This document shows positions 53,439-63,843 of a stretch of DNA of 64,000 nucleotides, one piece after another (position 1 is the stretch's first letter; each line of letters begins with the position of its first letter). Below the pieces are notes generated by a model. The model saw only the letters and a program-made list of their open reading frames with translations. It did not search any database and was not told where the DNA came from. A program made the translations under genes and the position numbers. Origin of the DNA: Bacillota bacterium (lineage in GTDB: Bacteria; Bacillota; Clostridia; Acetivibrionales; JAFADI01); the NCBI GenBank assembly GCA_023424965.1, contig JAFADI010000100.1:5349-69348 (forward strand), in the 5' to 3' direction.

Positions 53439-54148
53439 AGGCACTTCTTCGTTCCTTTGCCCTGTTTATTTGTCAGATATGGAAAGACAGCATGCTCATT
53501 GCAGTGGCTGCTGCCCCCATCCTGGCCGCATGTTTTTTCCGTTTCGGAATTCCCCCGATTGAGCGGATTTTGTGCGGTTATTTCGGCCGCTCCCCTATTC
53601 TCACTCCCTATTATTTGCTTTTTGACCTGCTGCTGACGATTATAACCCCTTATATGTTCTGCTTTGCATCCTCCATGGTGATGCTGACGGAATATGATGA
53701 GAACCTGTCCGGCTACCTGTCGGTAACGCCTGTGGAAAAAAGGGGGTATGTGGTGTCGAGGCTGGTATTTCCGGCAATCCTTTCACTCTTCGCATCGCTG
53801 CTTCTCGTGCACTTCTTTTCTCTGACCGCCTGGACATGGGGAATGCTGCTGATCGTCTGCCTGCTGTCAAGCCTTCTGAGTATTTCCATATCACTTCTGC
53901 TGTTTTCCTTTTCCCACAACAGAATCGAGGGTATGGCCATGGCAAAATTATCCGGTCTTCTGATGCTGGGATTGCCTGTTCCTTTCTTTCTTCCGGCAAA
54001 TGCGCAATATCTGTTTTCACCGTTGCCGTCTTTCTGGATTGCCAAGCTGGCGTTGGAGCCTAACGGACTGTTTCTGCCGCCGGCAATAATATCGCTGTTC
54101 CTGTGGCTGGGATTACCCTACCGGAAATTCAAGAAAAAGCTTGGGTGA
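53435..54148 (+). CDS. ABC-2 type exporter permease, subunit 2
   Basis: The ATG at 53435 overlaps the upstream TGA (ATGA). 237 aa, polytopic. The longer track ORF from 53033 is an out-of-frame overlap with the previous gene. Confidence 0.75.
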   Translation: MKALLRSFALFICQIWKDSMLIAVAAAPILAACFFRFGIPPIERILCGYFGRSPILTPYYLLFDLLLTIITPYMFCFASSMVMLTEYDENLSGYLSVTPVEKRGYVVSRLVFPAILSLFASLLLVHFFSLTAWTWGMLLIVCLLSSLLSISISLLLFSFSHNRIEGMAMAKLSGLLMLGLPVPFFLPANAQYLFSPLPSFWIAKLALEPNGLFLPPAIISLFLWLGLPYRKFKKKLG

Positions 54149-54205
54149 GCTGTGCTCATATCCATCAATTCCCCTCCGCTTAAAATTTCAAAATTATGAT
54201 ACACT
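54149..54205 (+). repeat. 57-nt promoter-like repeat, copy A
   Basis: 45/57 identical to 63672-63728. Two conserved blocks, GCTGTGCTCATATCCATYAATT and AAAATTATGRTACACT, are separated by 19 nt. Confidence 0.8.
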
Positions 54206-54272
54206 ATTTCAGTACATTTTCATTTTTCAGCTGTATTTTCATAATGCTTCCCTCAAATACCAATCATTTTTA

Positions 54273-55265
54273 TTACGCTAAGGCAGATATGATCTTAAAA
54301 GAAAGATAAGCCATATACCCGGCCAGCAGCAAAACCCCTGTAAGCCTTTGCAGCTTTTTTCTGAACAACGACATGGTGAATACAAAAAGGGTAAGTGCCA
54401 GCATTGTGGTCACATCAATCCAGAGGCCCCCATCTGCGGGGATTGGAGAGAGTACCGAAGAGAAACCCAATACGAGAAGAATATTGAAAATGTTGCTGCC
54501 GATACAATTCCCCACCACAATATCCGGTTCTTTTTTTATCACGGCTGTTATGCTTGTAATAAGTTCGGGCATCGTTGTAGCAAGCGCCACAACAGTCAAA
54601 CCAATCAGCGTCTCGCTTAATCCAAAGCTCTGGGCAATCTGCGTACTGCTGTCTACCGTCATTTTTCCACCCATGAAAAGACCAGCCAGGGATAGTAATG
54701 AGTAGCACCATAATCTAATAACGCCGCTACTTTTCTGATCACCGGTTGATTCCATGGCCAGTCCGTTGCCATCGCCGTCCGTATCGATGTCTCCCTCCGC
54801 ATCAATCTGAATTTTCATTGACTTTCTGGCATCCCTGGATATATAGATCATAAATAAGACAAACGCACATAACAGGATGAACCCCTCGGTTCTTGACAAT
54901 TGTCCATCCCAGAACAGCATCAATCCAAGAGCAATTTGAATAACAACCAAAATGGGAAGCTCTCGCTTTACAACCGTATCTTTTACCTGTAAGGGAAAAA
55001 TGACCGCCGATAGTCCTATAATCAGCGCGATATTTGAGAGGGAACTGCCAATGATATTTCCCAGTGTCAGCCGGTTTGTATGGTTTATACCCGACATAAT
55101 TCCGACCGCAAGCTCGGGAGCGCTAGTCCCGAAGGCAATGACGGTGATGCCGATAATAAAGGAAGAAACCCCATACCTCCGTGCTATTTTAGAAGCGGAA
55201 TCGATCAAAACATCCGCGCTCTTTATAATGACAGCCAATCCCAAAATCAAAAGTAGAAAATGCAT
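54273..55265 (-). CDS. CaCA-family sodium/calcium antiporter (YrbG-like)
   Basis: Two alpha-repeat motifs (GTSAPELAV and ATTMPELITS) in a 10-TM protein. The ATG at 55265 gives the typical N-terminus MHFLLLILGLAVI. Confidence 0.85.
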   Translation of the reverse strand: MHFLLLILGLAVIIKSADVLIDSASKIARRYGVSSFIIGITVIAFGTSAPELAVGIMSGINHTNRLTLGNIIGSSLSNIALIIGLSAVIFPLQVKDTVVKRELPILVVIQIALGLMLFWDGQLSRTEGFILLCAFVLFMIYISRDARKSMKIQIDAEGDIDTDGDGNGLAMESTGDQKSSGVIRLWCYSLLSLAGLFMGGKMTVDSSTQIAQSFGLSETLIGLTVVALATTMPELITSITAVIKKEPDIVVGNCIGSNIFNILLVLGFSSVLSPIPADGGLWIDVTTMLALTLFVFTMSLFRKKLQRLTGVLLLAGYMAYLSFKIISALA

Positions 55266-55529
55266 GAAACCACTCCGTTCTACTATTTCTGGCAATACGC
55301 TAGTAGCGTTCCCTAAAAAACGGTTAAAGATAATTGCGCCTTGCAGCAGCTGCACCTACAAACAAAAAGGCGAAGAGCTCTTCACAAAGCTCTCCACCCA
55401 ATAAGCCAAAAGTCTTGAAGCAGTTTCCTGCCCAACCGGATAAAACACCATATTAAGCTTGTGATAGCATACCATGTTCTTACAGTAAAGTCAACACAAA
55501 CTACCTTTGACGCGGGATTGGAACCCTTT

Positions 55530-55595
55530 CTTTATACAATCTTTATCTTATCCAGATTTTCCTTTACGCCATGTTAATTCAAAAACAGATATAAT
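55530..55595 (+). promoter_or_regulatory. candidate kdp promoter: CTTTAT direct repeats at 11-bp spacing (KdpE-box-like) plus a TATAAT -10
   Basis: CTTTATA at 55530, CTTTATC at 55541 and CTTTAC at 55562. TATAAT at 55590-55595 with no good -35, as expected for an activator-dependent promoter. Confidence 0.4.
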
Positions 55596-55783
55596 GAAAA
55601 CTGTTTGAAGAAGTTATCCGTTGCAGTTCAGTATGGGATTAACGGGCATTGCTGAAGGCAACGTATAGATGTGTAAAATAAAGCATGCTGCTTCTTATTA
55701 TATAAGGCGGGCTTATATTTTACGGAAATGGTAAAAGATAAATAGAAAGAAGTGGTTTAAAAAACATTTTAGGAGTTGATAAA

Positions 55784-55873
55784 ATGGGAATCGTTTTGGG
55801 AGTTTCAGGGATGATCGGAATTGCCCTGTTGATTTACTTATTTTACGTTTTATTCAGAGGTGAGAATTTATGA
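55784..55873 (+). CDS. kdpF: K+-transporting ATPase small subunit KdpF (29 aa; below the ORF-track cutoff)
   Basis: ATG GGA ATC... encodes [37 protein letters not shown] lies 7 nt upstream. The TGA overlaps the kdpA ATG. Confidence 0.8.
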   Translation: MGIVLGVSGMIGIALLIYLFYVLFRGENL

Positions 55874-57555
55874 GTTATATCATCTGGCAGGATATCTTTT
55901 ATATCGCTTTATTGATCGCACTTTCCATACCCCTGGGAATTTACATTTACAAAGTCATGACAGGACAAAAAGTGTTTCTGACCCGTGTGCTTGTACCGGT
56001 GGAAAAGGTTGTCTACAAAGTGATGGGCGTCCAAAGTGACGAGGAAATGGGAGCAAGGCGCTATACCCTCTCAGTACTTTTATTCAGTGCTGTCAGTCTC
56101 CTATTTCTCTGGATATTGCAAATGCTGCAAGGGGTTTTGCCCTTTAACCCCCAAGGCATGCAGGGTACAAGCTGGCATTTGGCCTTCAACACTTCCGCAA
56201 GCTTTGTTTCCAACACAAACTGGCAGGCCTATTCCGGCGAATCCAGTCTGTCGTACCTGACGCAGTTCTTAGGGCTGACCGTCCAAAACTTTGTCTCGGC
56301 GGCAGCAGGAATCGCCGTGCTATTCGCGCTAATTAGAGGATTTGTCCTCAAAAAGAAAACAACCCTCGGCAGCTTTTGGGTGGATTTGACAAAAACCGTT
56401 CTCTATGTGCTGATTCCACTGTCCCTGACGGTTGCTGTTCTGCTGATTTCCCAGGGTGTAGTGCAGACCATAAGCCCGTATAAAGACGTTGTAACACTGG
56501 AAAGCGAAACTGTTCAGACCATTCCCTTAGGCCCGGCGGCAAGCCAGATTGCCATCAAGCAGCTTGGCACGAACGGCGGCGGCTTTTTTGGTGTAAACTC
56601 CGCTTTCCCGCTGGAAAACCCTACTCCCTTTTCCAATCTGATACAGGTTTTGTCTATCTTGCTGATTCCCGCAGCACTCTGCGTATCCTTTGGAAAAGCG
56701 GTAAAGGACAGTAAACAAGGCAGCGCTATTTATATAGCGATGCTCATCCTATTTATCGCATCCCTTGCAGGTGCGACGGTCAGTGAGCAATTTACTGCCC
56801 CCATTTTTAATGGTGTAGCAGCCTCCGGCAGTATGGAGGGCAAGGAAATCATCCACGGTATAGGGACCTCGGCGCTGTGGGGTACGTCCACCACCGCCGC
56901 CTCAAATGGTTCGGTCAACTCCATGCACGACAGCTTTACTCCCTTTGGCGGGATGGTCGTCATGTTCCTGATGCAGCTTGGAGAAATTGTCTTCGGAGGT
57001 GTTGGGAGCGGTCTTTACGGGATGCTGGCCTTTGTCCTGCTCACGGTGTTTATTGCAGGCTTGATGGTGGGACGGACTCCTGAGTATTTGGGCAAAAAGA
57101 TAGAGCCCTTTGATATGAAAATGGTATGCCTGATTGTCCTGGCGCCACCCCTGTTGACACTTCTCGGCACTGCCGCCGCCGTTATGATGCCCCATGCAGC
57201 AGCATGGCTGACTAATTCCGGCGCTCATGGTTTTTCGGAAATCCTCTATGGCTTTTCCTCCATGGGAAACAATAATGGAAGCGCTTTCGCAGGCTTTAAC
57301 GCCAATACGGTATTTACCAATATTGCAGGCGGAATTATCATGCTGCTGGTCCGCTTTATTCCCATGGCAGCCGCAATTTTTCTCGCTGGAAACCTTGCAC
57401 AGAAAAAGGCCGTGGCCGCCAGCGAAGGAACACTGTCCACCAGCAACGCCATGTTTGTCGGGCTTCTGATTGCCGTCATACTCATTATCGGTGCGCTCAG
57501 CTTCCTGCCAGCCCTAGCGCTGGGCCCACTAGCCGACTACTTTTCAACCAAATAA
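55870..57555 (+). CDS. kdpA: potassium-transporting ATPase subunit A
   Basis: 561 aa. Canonical KdpA sequence ([18 protein letters not shown]). Confidence 0.96.
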   Translation: MSYIIWQDIFYIALLIALSIPLGIYIYKVMTGQKVFLTRVLVPVEKVVYKVMGVQSDEEMGARRYTLSVLLFSAVSLLFLWILQMLQGVLPFNPQGMQGTSWHLAFNTSASFVSNTNWQAYSGESSLSYLTQFLGLTVQNFVSAAAGIAVLFALIRGFVLKKKTTLGSFWVDLTKTVLYVLIPLSLTVAVLLISQGVVQTISPYKDVVTLESETVQTIPLGPAASQIAIKQLGTNGGGFFGVNSAFPLENPTPFSNLIQVLSILLIPAALCVSFGKAVKDSKQGSAIYIAMLILFIASLAGATVSEQFTAPIFNGVAASGSMEGKEIIHGIGTSALWGTSTTAASNGSVNSMHDSFTPFGGMVVMFLMQLGEIVFGGVGSGLYGMLAFVLLTVFIAGLMVGRTPEYLGKKIEPFDMKMVCLIVLAPPLLTLLGTAAAVMMPHAAAWLTNSGAHGFSEILYGFSSMGNNNGSAFAGFNANTVFTNIAGGIIMLLVRFIPMAAAIFLAGNLAQKKAVAASEGTLSTSNAMFVGLLIAVILIIGALSFLPALALGPLADYFSTK

Positions 57556-57571
57556 GAATGAGGTGATGAAA

Positions 57572-59629
57572 ATGAAAGAGAAAAGCATGAATAAAAGCAT
57601 CTTCGCGGACGCCATACGTCAGTCCTTCGTAAAACTCGCTCCCCGTGTGCAGGTAAAAAATCCGGTTATGCTGGTGGTATATATCGGCTCTATACTGACA
57701 ACCGTCCTTTATTTCCTGTCGTTGGCAGGAATTAAAGATGAAAGCTCCGGGTATATTCTGGTCATATCTCTCATCCTGTGGTTTACCGTGCTGTTTGCCA
57801 ATTTTGCGGAAGCCATTGCGGAGGGGCGCGGACGGGCGCAGGCTGACAGCCTCCGCAGCGCGAGAAAGGATGTAAAGGCAAAGAAACTGAAATCCCCCTC
57901 CACCACGGAAGAATATGTGGAGGTTCTCTCCAGCAATCTGAAAAAGGGAGATATCGTCTATGTAAAAGCCGGTGAGCAAATCCCTATGGACGGCGAAGTA
58001 GTTGATGGAGCTGCCTCGGTGGACGAAAGTGCCATCACCGGAGAATCCGCGCCTGTCATTCGTGAATCCGGCGGGGACAGAAGCGCCGTCACCGGAGGAA
58101 CGACACTGGTGTCGGACTGGCTTATTGTCCGTATTACGGCAGAATCAGGAGAAAGCTTCCTCGACAAAATGATTGCCATGGTGGAGGGAGCCTCCCGTAA
58201 AAAGACGCCCAATGAAATAGCCCTGCAAATCCTACTTGTAACGCTCACCATCATATTTCTTGTGGTAACGGCTACCCTCCTGCCCTTTTCCGCTTTTGCA
58301 AGCCGTCAGGCAGGCGCTGGCTCCGCGATATCTCTTACAAATGTAATTGCCTTACTTGTCTGCCTTGCTCCAACCACCATCGGCGCACTCCTCTCCTCCA
58401 TCGGTATCGCGGGCATGAGCCGCCTGAATCAGGCGAATGTCCTGGCAATGAGCGGACGCGCCATCGAAGCTGCCGGAGATGTGGATGTGCTTTTACTGGA
58501 TAAGACCGGCACCATTACGCTCGGAAACCGGCAGGCCAGCGAATTTATTCCCCTTGAAGGCACGACGGAGAAAGAACTGGCGGATGCTGCACAGTTATCC
58601 TCACTTGCCGATGAAACGGCGGAGGGAAGGAGCATTGTGGTGCTTGCCAAGGAGAAATTCGGAATCCGGGGCCGGGAGCTTTCCAGGCTCAATGCGACCT
58701 TTGTGGAATTTACGGCGAAAACAAGGATGAGCGGCATTGACTATCAGGAGAATGAAATCCGTAAAGGCGCGGCGGACGCCGTAAAAGCTTTCGTATTGCA
58801 AAAAGGGGGCGAATACCCGGAGCAGTGCGGACAAATCGTGAAGCGCGTGGCGGAAGTCGGCGGTACTCCCCTCGTCGTAGCAAAAAACAATCAGGTGCTG
58901 GGAGTTGTCTATCTAAAGGACATCGTAAAAAACGGGGTAAAGGAACGCTTTGAAGATTTGCGGAAAATGGGTATTAAAACCATCATGATCACCGGGGACA
59001 ATCCCATGACTGCGGCAGCCATCGCTGCGGAAGCGGGCGTAGACGACTTTTTGGCGGAAGCAACGCCGGAGGCCAAACTGAAGCTCATCCGTGACTATCA
59101 GTCCAAGGGACATTTGGTTGCCATGACAGGCGACGGTACCAACGACGCACCGGCACTGGCACAGGCAGATGTGGCGGTCGCAATGAATACAGGCACCCAG
59201 GCCGCAAAGGAAGCCGGAAACATGGTAGACCTGGATTCAAGTCCTACCAAGCTCATTGATATTGTGAGGATCGGCAAGCAGCTTTTAATGACGCGGGGCT
59301 CCCTTACCACCTTCAGTGTAACCAACGATGTTGCAAAATATTTCGCCATCATTCCGGTGTTGTTTTTTGGCATTTACCCGCAGCTTACGGTGTTGAACCT
59401 TATGAAGCTCACCAGTGCCACAACCGCCATCCTTTCAGCGATCATTTTCAATGCACTGATTATCGTGGCGCTTATCCCTCTGGCACTCGAGGGCGTGAAA
59501 TACCGTGAACTGCCTGCCGGGGAGCTGCTGAAACGGAATATGCTCATTTACGGCCTGGGCGGAATTGTTACCCCTTTTATTGTGATAAAGCTGATTGATA
59601 TGATATTGACCGCATGCGGTCTTAAATGA
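57572..59629 (+). CDS. kdpB: potassium-transporting ATPase subunit B (P-type ATPase)
   Basis: DKTGTIT phosphorylation motif, and TGDN and [10 protein letters not shown] motifs. ATG at 57572 follows GAGGTGA. The track ORF begins at GTG 57563. Confidence 0.96.
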   Translation: MKEKSMNKSIFADAIRQSFVKLAPRVQVKNPVMLVVYIGSILTTVLYFLSLAGIKDESSGYILVISLILWFTVLFANFAEAIAEGRGRAQADSLRSARKDVKAKKLKSPSTTEEYVEVLSSNLKKGDIVYVKAGEQIPMDGEVVDGAASVDESAITGESAPVIRESGGDRSAVTGGTTLVSDWLIVRITAESGESFLDKMIAMVEGASRKKTPNEIALQILLVTLTIIFLVVTATLLPFSAFASRQAGAGSAISLTNVIALLVCLAPTTIGALLSSIGIAGMSRLNQANVLAMSGRAIEAAGDVDVLLLDKTGTITLGNRQASEFIPLEGTTEKELADAAQLSSLADETAEGRSIVVLAKEKFGIRGRELSRLNATFVEFTAKTRMSGIDYQENEIRKGAADAVKAFVLQKGGEYPEQCGQIVKRVAEVGGTPLVVAKNNQVLGVVYLKDIVKNGVKERFEDLRKMGIKTIMITGDNPMTAAAIAAEAGVDDFLAEATPEAKLKLIRDYQSKGHLVAMTGDGTNDAPALAQADVAVAMNTGTQAAKEAGNMVDLDSSPTKLIDIVRIGKQLLMTRGSLTTFSVTNDVAKYFAIIPVLFFGIYPQLTVLNLMKLTSATTAILSAIIFNALIIVALIPLALEGVKYRELPAGELLKRNMLIYGLGGIVTPFIVIKLIDMILTACGLK

Positions 59630-59640
59630 GGTGAAAGGAT

Positions 59641-60201
59641 ATGAGTAGGATTTGGAAGGCACTGAAACCCGCCTTGCTATGCTTTGCCGTGATGACAATA
59701 CTCTGCGGAGTTATTTATACCGCAGTTGTAACCGGAATCGCCCAGTTGATATTTCCGGCTCAGGCAAATGGCAGCATCATCACCGTCACATTAAAGGACG
59801 GAACGCAAAAAGACTATGGATCGCAATTGATCCTTCAGGAATTTACAAAACCGGAATATCTGATCGGCAGGCCGGCGGGCGTTACCAATCTCTCTCCCGT
59901 CAGTAAAGAACAGGAAAAGCTGGTACAGGAGCGCATTGACTGGTGGCGCAGCTTGGACCCCGGAAATACGAACGACATCCCTGGGGATTTGGTGACTGCA
60001 TCGGGCAGTGGCGTAGACCCCAATATTTCACCGGCGGCTGCGGAATTCCAGGTGTCCCGTATTGCAAAAACCCGTGGTATGAGTGAAAATGAGATCAGAG
60101 ACATTATAAAACAATATACCAAGGGAAGATTCCTGGGCTTTTGGGGTGAACCCGCAGTGAATGTTTTAAAAGTGAATCTGGCTCTTGACAAATTGATATA
60201 A
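59641..60201 (+). CDS. kdpC: potassium-transporting ATPase subunit C
   Basis: 186 aa. N-terminal TM helix and the SGSGVDPNISPAAA motif. Confidence 0.94.
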   Translation: MSRIWKALKPALLCFAVMTILCGVIYTAVVTGIAQLIFPAQANGSIITVTLKDGTQKDYGSQLILQEFTKPEYLIGRPAGVTNLSPVSKEQEKLVQERIDWWRSLDPGNTNDIPGDLVTASGSGVDPNISPAAAEFQVSRIAKTRGMSENEIRDIIKQYTKGRFLGFWGEPAVNVLKVNLALDKLI

Positions 60202-60234
60202 AAATATCATACAAAAATTCAAGGTGGTGATATC

Positions 60235-62937
60235 GTGGCTGCACAATCAGATCAACGGCCAAACCCGGACGATATTCTGGAAGACATCCGTGACGAACAT
60301 CAAAACAGGAAAGGCAGGCTAAAAATATTTTTCGGGTATGCCGCCGGCGTGGGCAAGACTTATGCCATGCTGGACGATGCGCAGGAACGGTTTCGATGCG
60401 GTGTTGATGTTCTGGTGGGCTATGTGGAGCCCCACACACGCCCGGAGACCATGCAGCTTTTGCATGGTCTTCCTGCTTTGCCGCCCAAAAGCATTACTTA
60501 TAAAAATATCACATTAAAAGAATTTGACCTGGATGCGGCACTGGAAAGAAAGCCGGAGTTAATACTTGTGGATGAGCTTGCTCATTCAAACGCACAAGGG
60601 GTGCGCAATAAAAAACGCTACCAGGATATTGAGGAATTGTTGAATGCAGGCATCGACGTATACACAACCGTCAATGTGCAGCATATTGAAAGCCTTAACG
60701 ATGTGGTACAGAATATCACAAAAATCACTGTGCGTGAGACCGTTCCCGACTATATCTTCGACCATGCCGACAGAGTGAAGCTCATTGATATTGAGCCCGA
60801 AGAGCTGTTGAGGCGCTTTGAGGAAGGAAAGATTTATAGTCCCGAGCGGGTTAATACGGCCAAAAACAACTTTTTTACGAGAGAAAACCTCCGGCTGCTG
60901 CGCGAGATTGCCATGCGAAAAGCCGCAGACCGGATCAGCCACGACAATCAAAGCGAACGGCGTCTATCCGAAAAGATGGCAAACATTAAGCTTCTCGCCT
61001 CCATTGGCCCCTCTCCCTCCTCCGCAAGATGCATCCGCTGGGCGGCAAGAACGGCGGAGGCCTTTCATGCGCCATGGGTGGCGCTCTATGTACAGGACAT
61101 GGAAAGCGAGCATTTATCGGAGCAAGAAAACAAAACCATCCGGATGAATATGGATCTGGCCGAAAAGCTGGGTGCAGAAATCGTTACCTTAAGCGGCTAT
61201 GATATCGCCGCCGCTGTTGCTGAATACGCAAAGCTTTCGGGGATCACCAATATTGTGGTGGGGAAAAGCCGGAACAAAAAAACACTTAAAAATCTGTTCG
61301 AGCCGGATTTTGAAGATAAACTGATCTCCCTCATACCGAGCATTGAGGTACACATTATTCCCGGCAATGCTCCAGTTCGTCCATATAAAAAGCGTACGCG
61401 GACCCTTTGGAATAAAAACTTCATTTTTTCCTGGCAGGACACGTTGAAAACCGTGGGGCTTTTAGCCGCCACCACGTTGATTTCCTTTGGGATGCAGGCA
61501 CTTGAAATCAGTGACCAGAATATAATTATGGCATATATTTTGTCGGTATTGCTGGTTTCAAGGATCACGGCAGGATATGCCTACGGAATTGCAGCTTCTA
61601 TCTTGAGCGTGCTCATATTTAACTTCTTTTTCACTTCCCCCTACTTTACCTTTGTGGCTTCAGCAGGGTATCCTATTACCTTTGCCATCATGCTGTTTGT
61701 GGCTTTGATCACAAGTACGCTTACCATCCGTATTAAATCCCAGGTAAAGCTTGCCGTGGAACGGGAACGGCGCACAGAGGTATTATATGAAATCAACAAA
61801 AACCTTCTTGCCACCAGAGGAATGGAAAATATCATTGCCCTGACAAATAAATATATCGTCAAGCTGTTTGAGCGCTCCACCGTTTTTTATACGGAAGACC
61901 CTGCCCAGGGAGCAAATTGCAACCTGCTGCAGTCACCGGAGGAAGCAGATGCCTCCTTCCTCGGTCTGGAGGACGAAAGAGCAGTCGCCCGCTGGGTATT
62001 TGCCAATCAAAAACCCGCAGGGGCCGGAACGGATACCTTAATGGGCGCAGGCGCATATTATTTGCCTGTTGTCTCACAGGGCAGGGTTCTGGGGGTATTG
62101 GGGCTTTCCTGCGCCAAAAGCCTGCTGGATCATGGTCACCGCATTTTCCTCCGCATGATCGTCTCCCAGGTGGCAATGGCGCTGGAACGCCAGCACCTGT
62201 CGGATGAGCAGCGCCGGATCCTGGTGGAATCGGAGAAGGAAAAAATGAGGAGCAATCTCCTAAGAGCCATTTCCCATGACCTCCGCACCCCCTTGACCGG
62301 AATCCTGGGCGCCAGCTCCGCTATTCTGGAAAATGAAAAATCCTTTGATAAACCAACCCGTGATCGATTGGTTATCAATATCAAAGAGGATTCTCAATGG
62401 CTCATACGCATGGTGGAAAATCTCCTTTCCGTAACACGTATCAGTGATGGCACCATGAATGTTACCAAAACGCCGGAGGCCGCCGAGGAAATAGTGGCGG
62501 AAGCCATCCGCCGAATCCGCAAAAGGTTTCCGGAGCGCAATATCTCCGTGAAAGTACCAGATGAGCTTTTGATGGTTCCCATGGACGGAACCTTGATTGT
62601 ACAGGTCCTGATCAACCTGCTGGAAAATGCGGTGAAGCATTCCTCAGCGAATTCCCCCATTGAGGTGGAAGTAAGAAAAGCGGGAAAAGCGGCGGTTTTT
62701 GAGGTGCTTGATTATGGAGAAGGGATTGCCGACCAGGATCTCCCTTATATATTCGACGGTTATTTTTCAGGTAAAAAGCGTAGTCCGGATTCATCCAGAG
62801 GGATGGGCATCGGTTTGTCTATCTGCAAATCGATAATAAGGGCACATAATGGTAATCTGGAAGCAGCTAACCGTAAAGCAGGCGGCGCAGTATTTCGATT
62901 TACTCTGCCGCTGGAAGGAAGTGAAAATAATGGATAA
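60235..62937 (+). CDS. kdpD: sensor histidine kinase KdpD (full length)
   Basis: 900 aa: KdpD-N, Usp, 4 TM, GAF-like, HisKA (SHDLRTPLT), HATPase. GTG start after AAGGTGGTGA. Confidence 0.95.
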   Translation: MAAQSDQRPNPDDILEDIRDEHQNRKGRLKIFFGYAAGVGKTYAMLDDAQERFRCGVDVLVGYVEPHTRPETMQLLHGLPALPPKSITYKNITLKEFDLDAALERKPELILVDELAHSNAQGVRNKKRYQDIEELLNAGIDVYTTVNVQHIESLNDVVQNITKITVRETVPDYIFDHADRVKLIDIEPEELLRRFEEGKIYSPERVNTAKNNFFTRENLRLLREIAMRKAADRISHDNQSERRLSEKMANIKLLASIGPSPSSARCIRWAARTAEAFHAPWVALYVQDMESEHLSEQENKTIRMNMDLAEKLGAEIVTLSGYDIAAAVAEYAKLSGITNIVVGKSRNKKTLKNLFEPDFEDKLISLIPSIEVHIIPGNAPVRPYKKRTRTLWNKNFIFSWQDTLKTVGLLAATTLISFGMQALEISDQNIIMAYILSVLLVSRITAGYAYGIAASILSVLIFNFFFTSPYFTFVASAGYPITFAIMLFVALITSTLTIRIKSQVKLAVERERRTEVLYEINKNLLATRGMENIIALTNKYIVKLFERSTVFYTEDPAQGANCNLLQSPEEADASFLGLEDERAVARWVFANQKPAGAGTDTLMGAGAYYLPVVSQGRVLGVLGLSCAKSLLDHGHRIFLRMIVSQVAMALERQHLSDEQRRILVESEKEKMRSNLLRAISHDLRTPLTGILGASSAILENEKSFDKPTRDRLVINIKEDSQWLIRMVENLLSVTRISDGTMNVTKTPEAAEEIVAEAIRRIRKRFPERNISVKVPDELLMVPMDGTLIVQVLINLLENAVKHSSANSPIEVEVRKAGKAAVFEVLDYGEGIADQDLPYIFDGYFSGKKRSPDSSRGMGIGLSICKSIIRAHNGNLEAANRKAGGAVFRFTLPLEGSENNG

Positions 62938-63628
62938 CAGGCTACTTTTTCTGATTGTGGAGGATGATGAAACCATATGCAGCTTTATCTCCGCTATATT
63001 AACATCAAACGGGTATGACATCATAAAAGCTGCAAAAGGAAGGGAAGCTGTTGCTATGACGGCTTCCCATTGTCCCGACCTGATTTTGCTCGACCTGGGA
63101 CTGCCGGATATCGATGGTATGGAAGTCCTTAAAACCATCCGGCAGTGGACTGGAATTCCCGTTGTTGTGGTATCCGCCCGTGGCCATGAGCGTGAAAAAG
63201 TGGAAGCTCTCGATTCAGGTGCGGATGATTATGTTACAAAGCCCTTCGGAACAGCGGAGCTGCTGGCCCGCATCAGGGCTACCCTTCGCCGCAGTCAAAA
63301 AAACTTGGGCTATCCCGATCCAGGGCAGGTATCGGTAGGCGATCTTGAAATCAATTACGAAAAGAGACTTGTAAAGCTTGCAGGAAAGGAAATTCATCTT
63401 ACCCCCATCGAGTACAGGCTTATCGTGCTGCTTTCCAAATATGCGGGCAAGGTGCTGACTCATGATTTTATCATAAAAGAAATATGGGGGCCATATACCA
63501 ACGAAATTCAGGCGCTGCGCGTCAACATGGCAAATATACGGAGGAAACTGGAGGAAAATCCTGCCGAGCCTAAATATATCGTAACCGAAGTAGGCGTCGG
63601 ATACCGTATGGTTGAGGAATTGCTTTAA
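62930..63628 (+). CDS. kdpE: response regulator KdpE (OmpR family)
   Basis: ATG at 62930 overlaps the end of kdpD. REC plus winged-helix (LTPIEYRLIVLL, GVGYRM). Confidence 0.93.
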   Translation: MDNRLLFLIVEDDETICSFISAILTSNGYDIIKAAKGREAVAMTASHCPDLILLDLGLPDIDGMEVLKTIRQWTGIPVVVVSARGHEREKVEALDSGADDYVTKPFGTAELLARIRATLRRSQKNLGYPDPGQVSVGDLEINYEKRLVKLAGKEIHLTPIEYRLIVLLSKYAGKVLTHDFIIKEIWGPYTNEIQALRVNMANIRRKLEENPAEPKYIVTEVGVGYRMVEELL

Positions 63629-63671
63629 ATGATTTCCATACCACTGAAATAGTGGCTGGCTTTTGCGGTAG

Positions 63672-63728
63672 GCTGTGCTCATATCCATTAATTTTCATCT
63701 TGTTAAATTCCTAAAATTATGGTACACT
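63672..63728 (+). repeat. 57-nt promoter-like repeat, copy B (candidate trkA promoter TTGTTA-17-TACACT with an upstream TG)
   Basis: See copy A. In this copy, positions 29-34 read TTGTTA, 17 nt from TACACT, which is preceded by TGg. Confidence 0.6.
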
Positions 63729-63802
63729 TTTGGAAATTTAACAGCGTGGGATTACGGTTGGACGAATTTTATATTCGCTTTCAAGAGTAGTTAAGGCTTC
63801 TG

Positions 63803-63843
63803 GGGTGGGAAGCTCGTTTGTTGCGGGCTTCCCACCCTTTTTA
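63803..63843 (+). terminator. intrinsic terminator hairpin inside the trkA leader, 20 nt before the start codon
   Basis: GGGTGGGAAGC-N13-GCTTCCCACCC followed by TTTTTAT, then RBS AAAGGAAA and the ATG at 63863. Confidence 0.8.

Noticed and set aside
55372-55383. 12-bp perfect palindrome GAAGAGCTCTTC upstream of the CaCA antiporter
   Set aside because: It is short and occurs once, and it may lie inside the longest-ORF extension of the antiporter. That is not enough to call an operator.
55596-55783. Possible c-di-AMP (ydaO-class) riboswitch in the kdp leader
   Set aside because: I could not find the conserved ydaO core segments (GAGCGGGGGACCCA / GGGGUGAAUC / CCGAAUCCG-type) on either strand. 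A covariance-model search is needed before it is fully excluded.
63215-63688. 157-aa minus-strand ORF starting MDMSTA, plus the shared ATGGATATGAGCACAGC at both 57-nt repeat copies
   Set aside because: The ORF is antisense to kdpE. At copy A the same start gives only a 15-codon frame. Conservation ends right after the shared 17 nt, so the repeat is non-coding.
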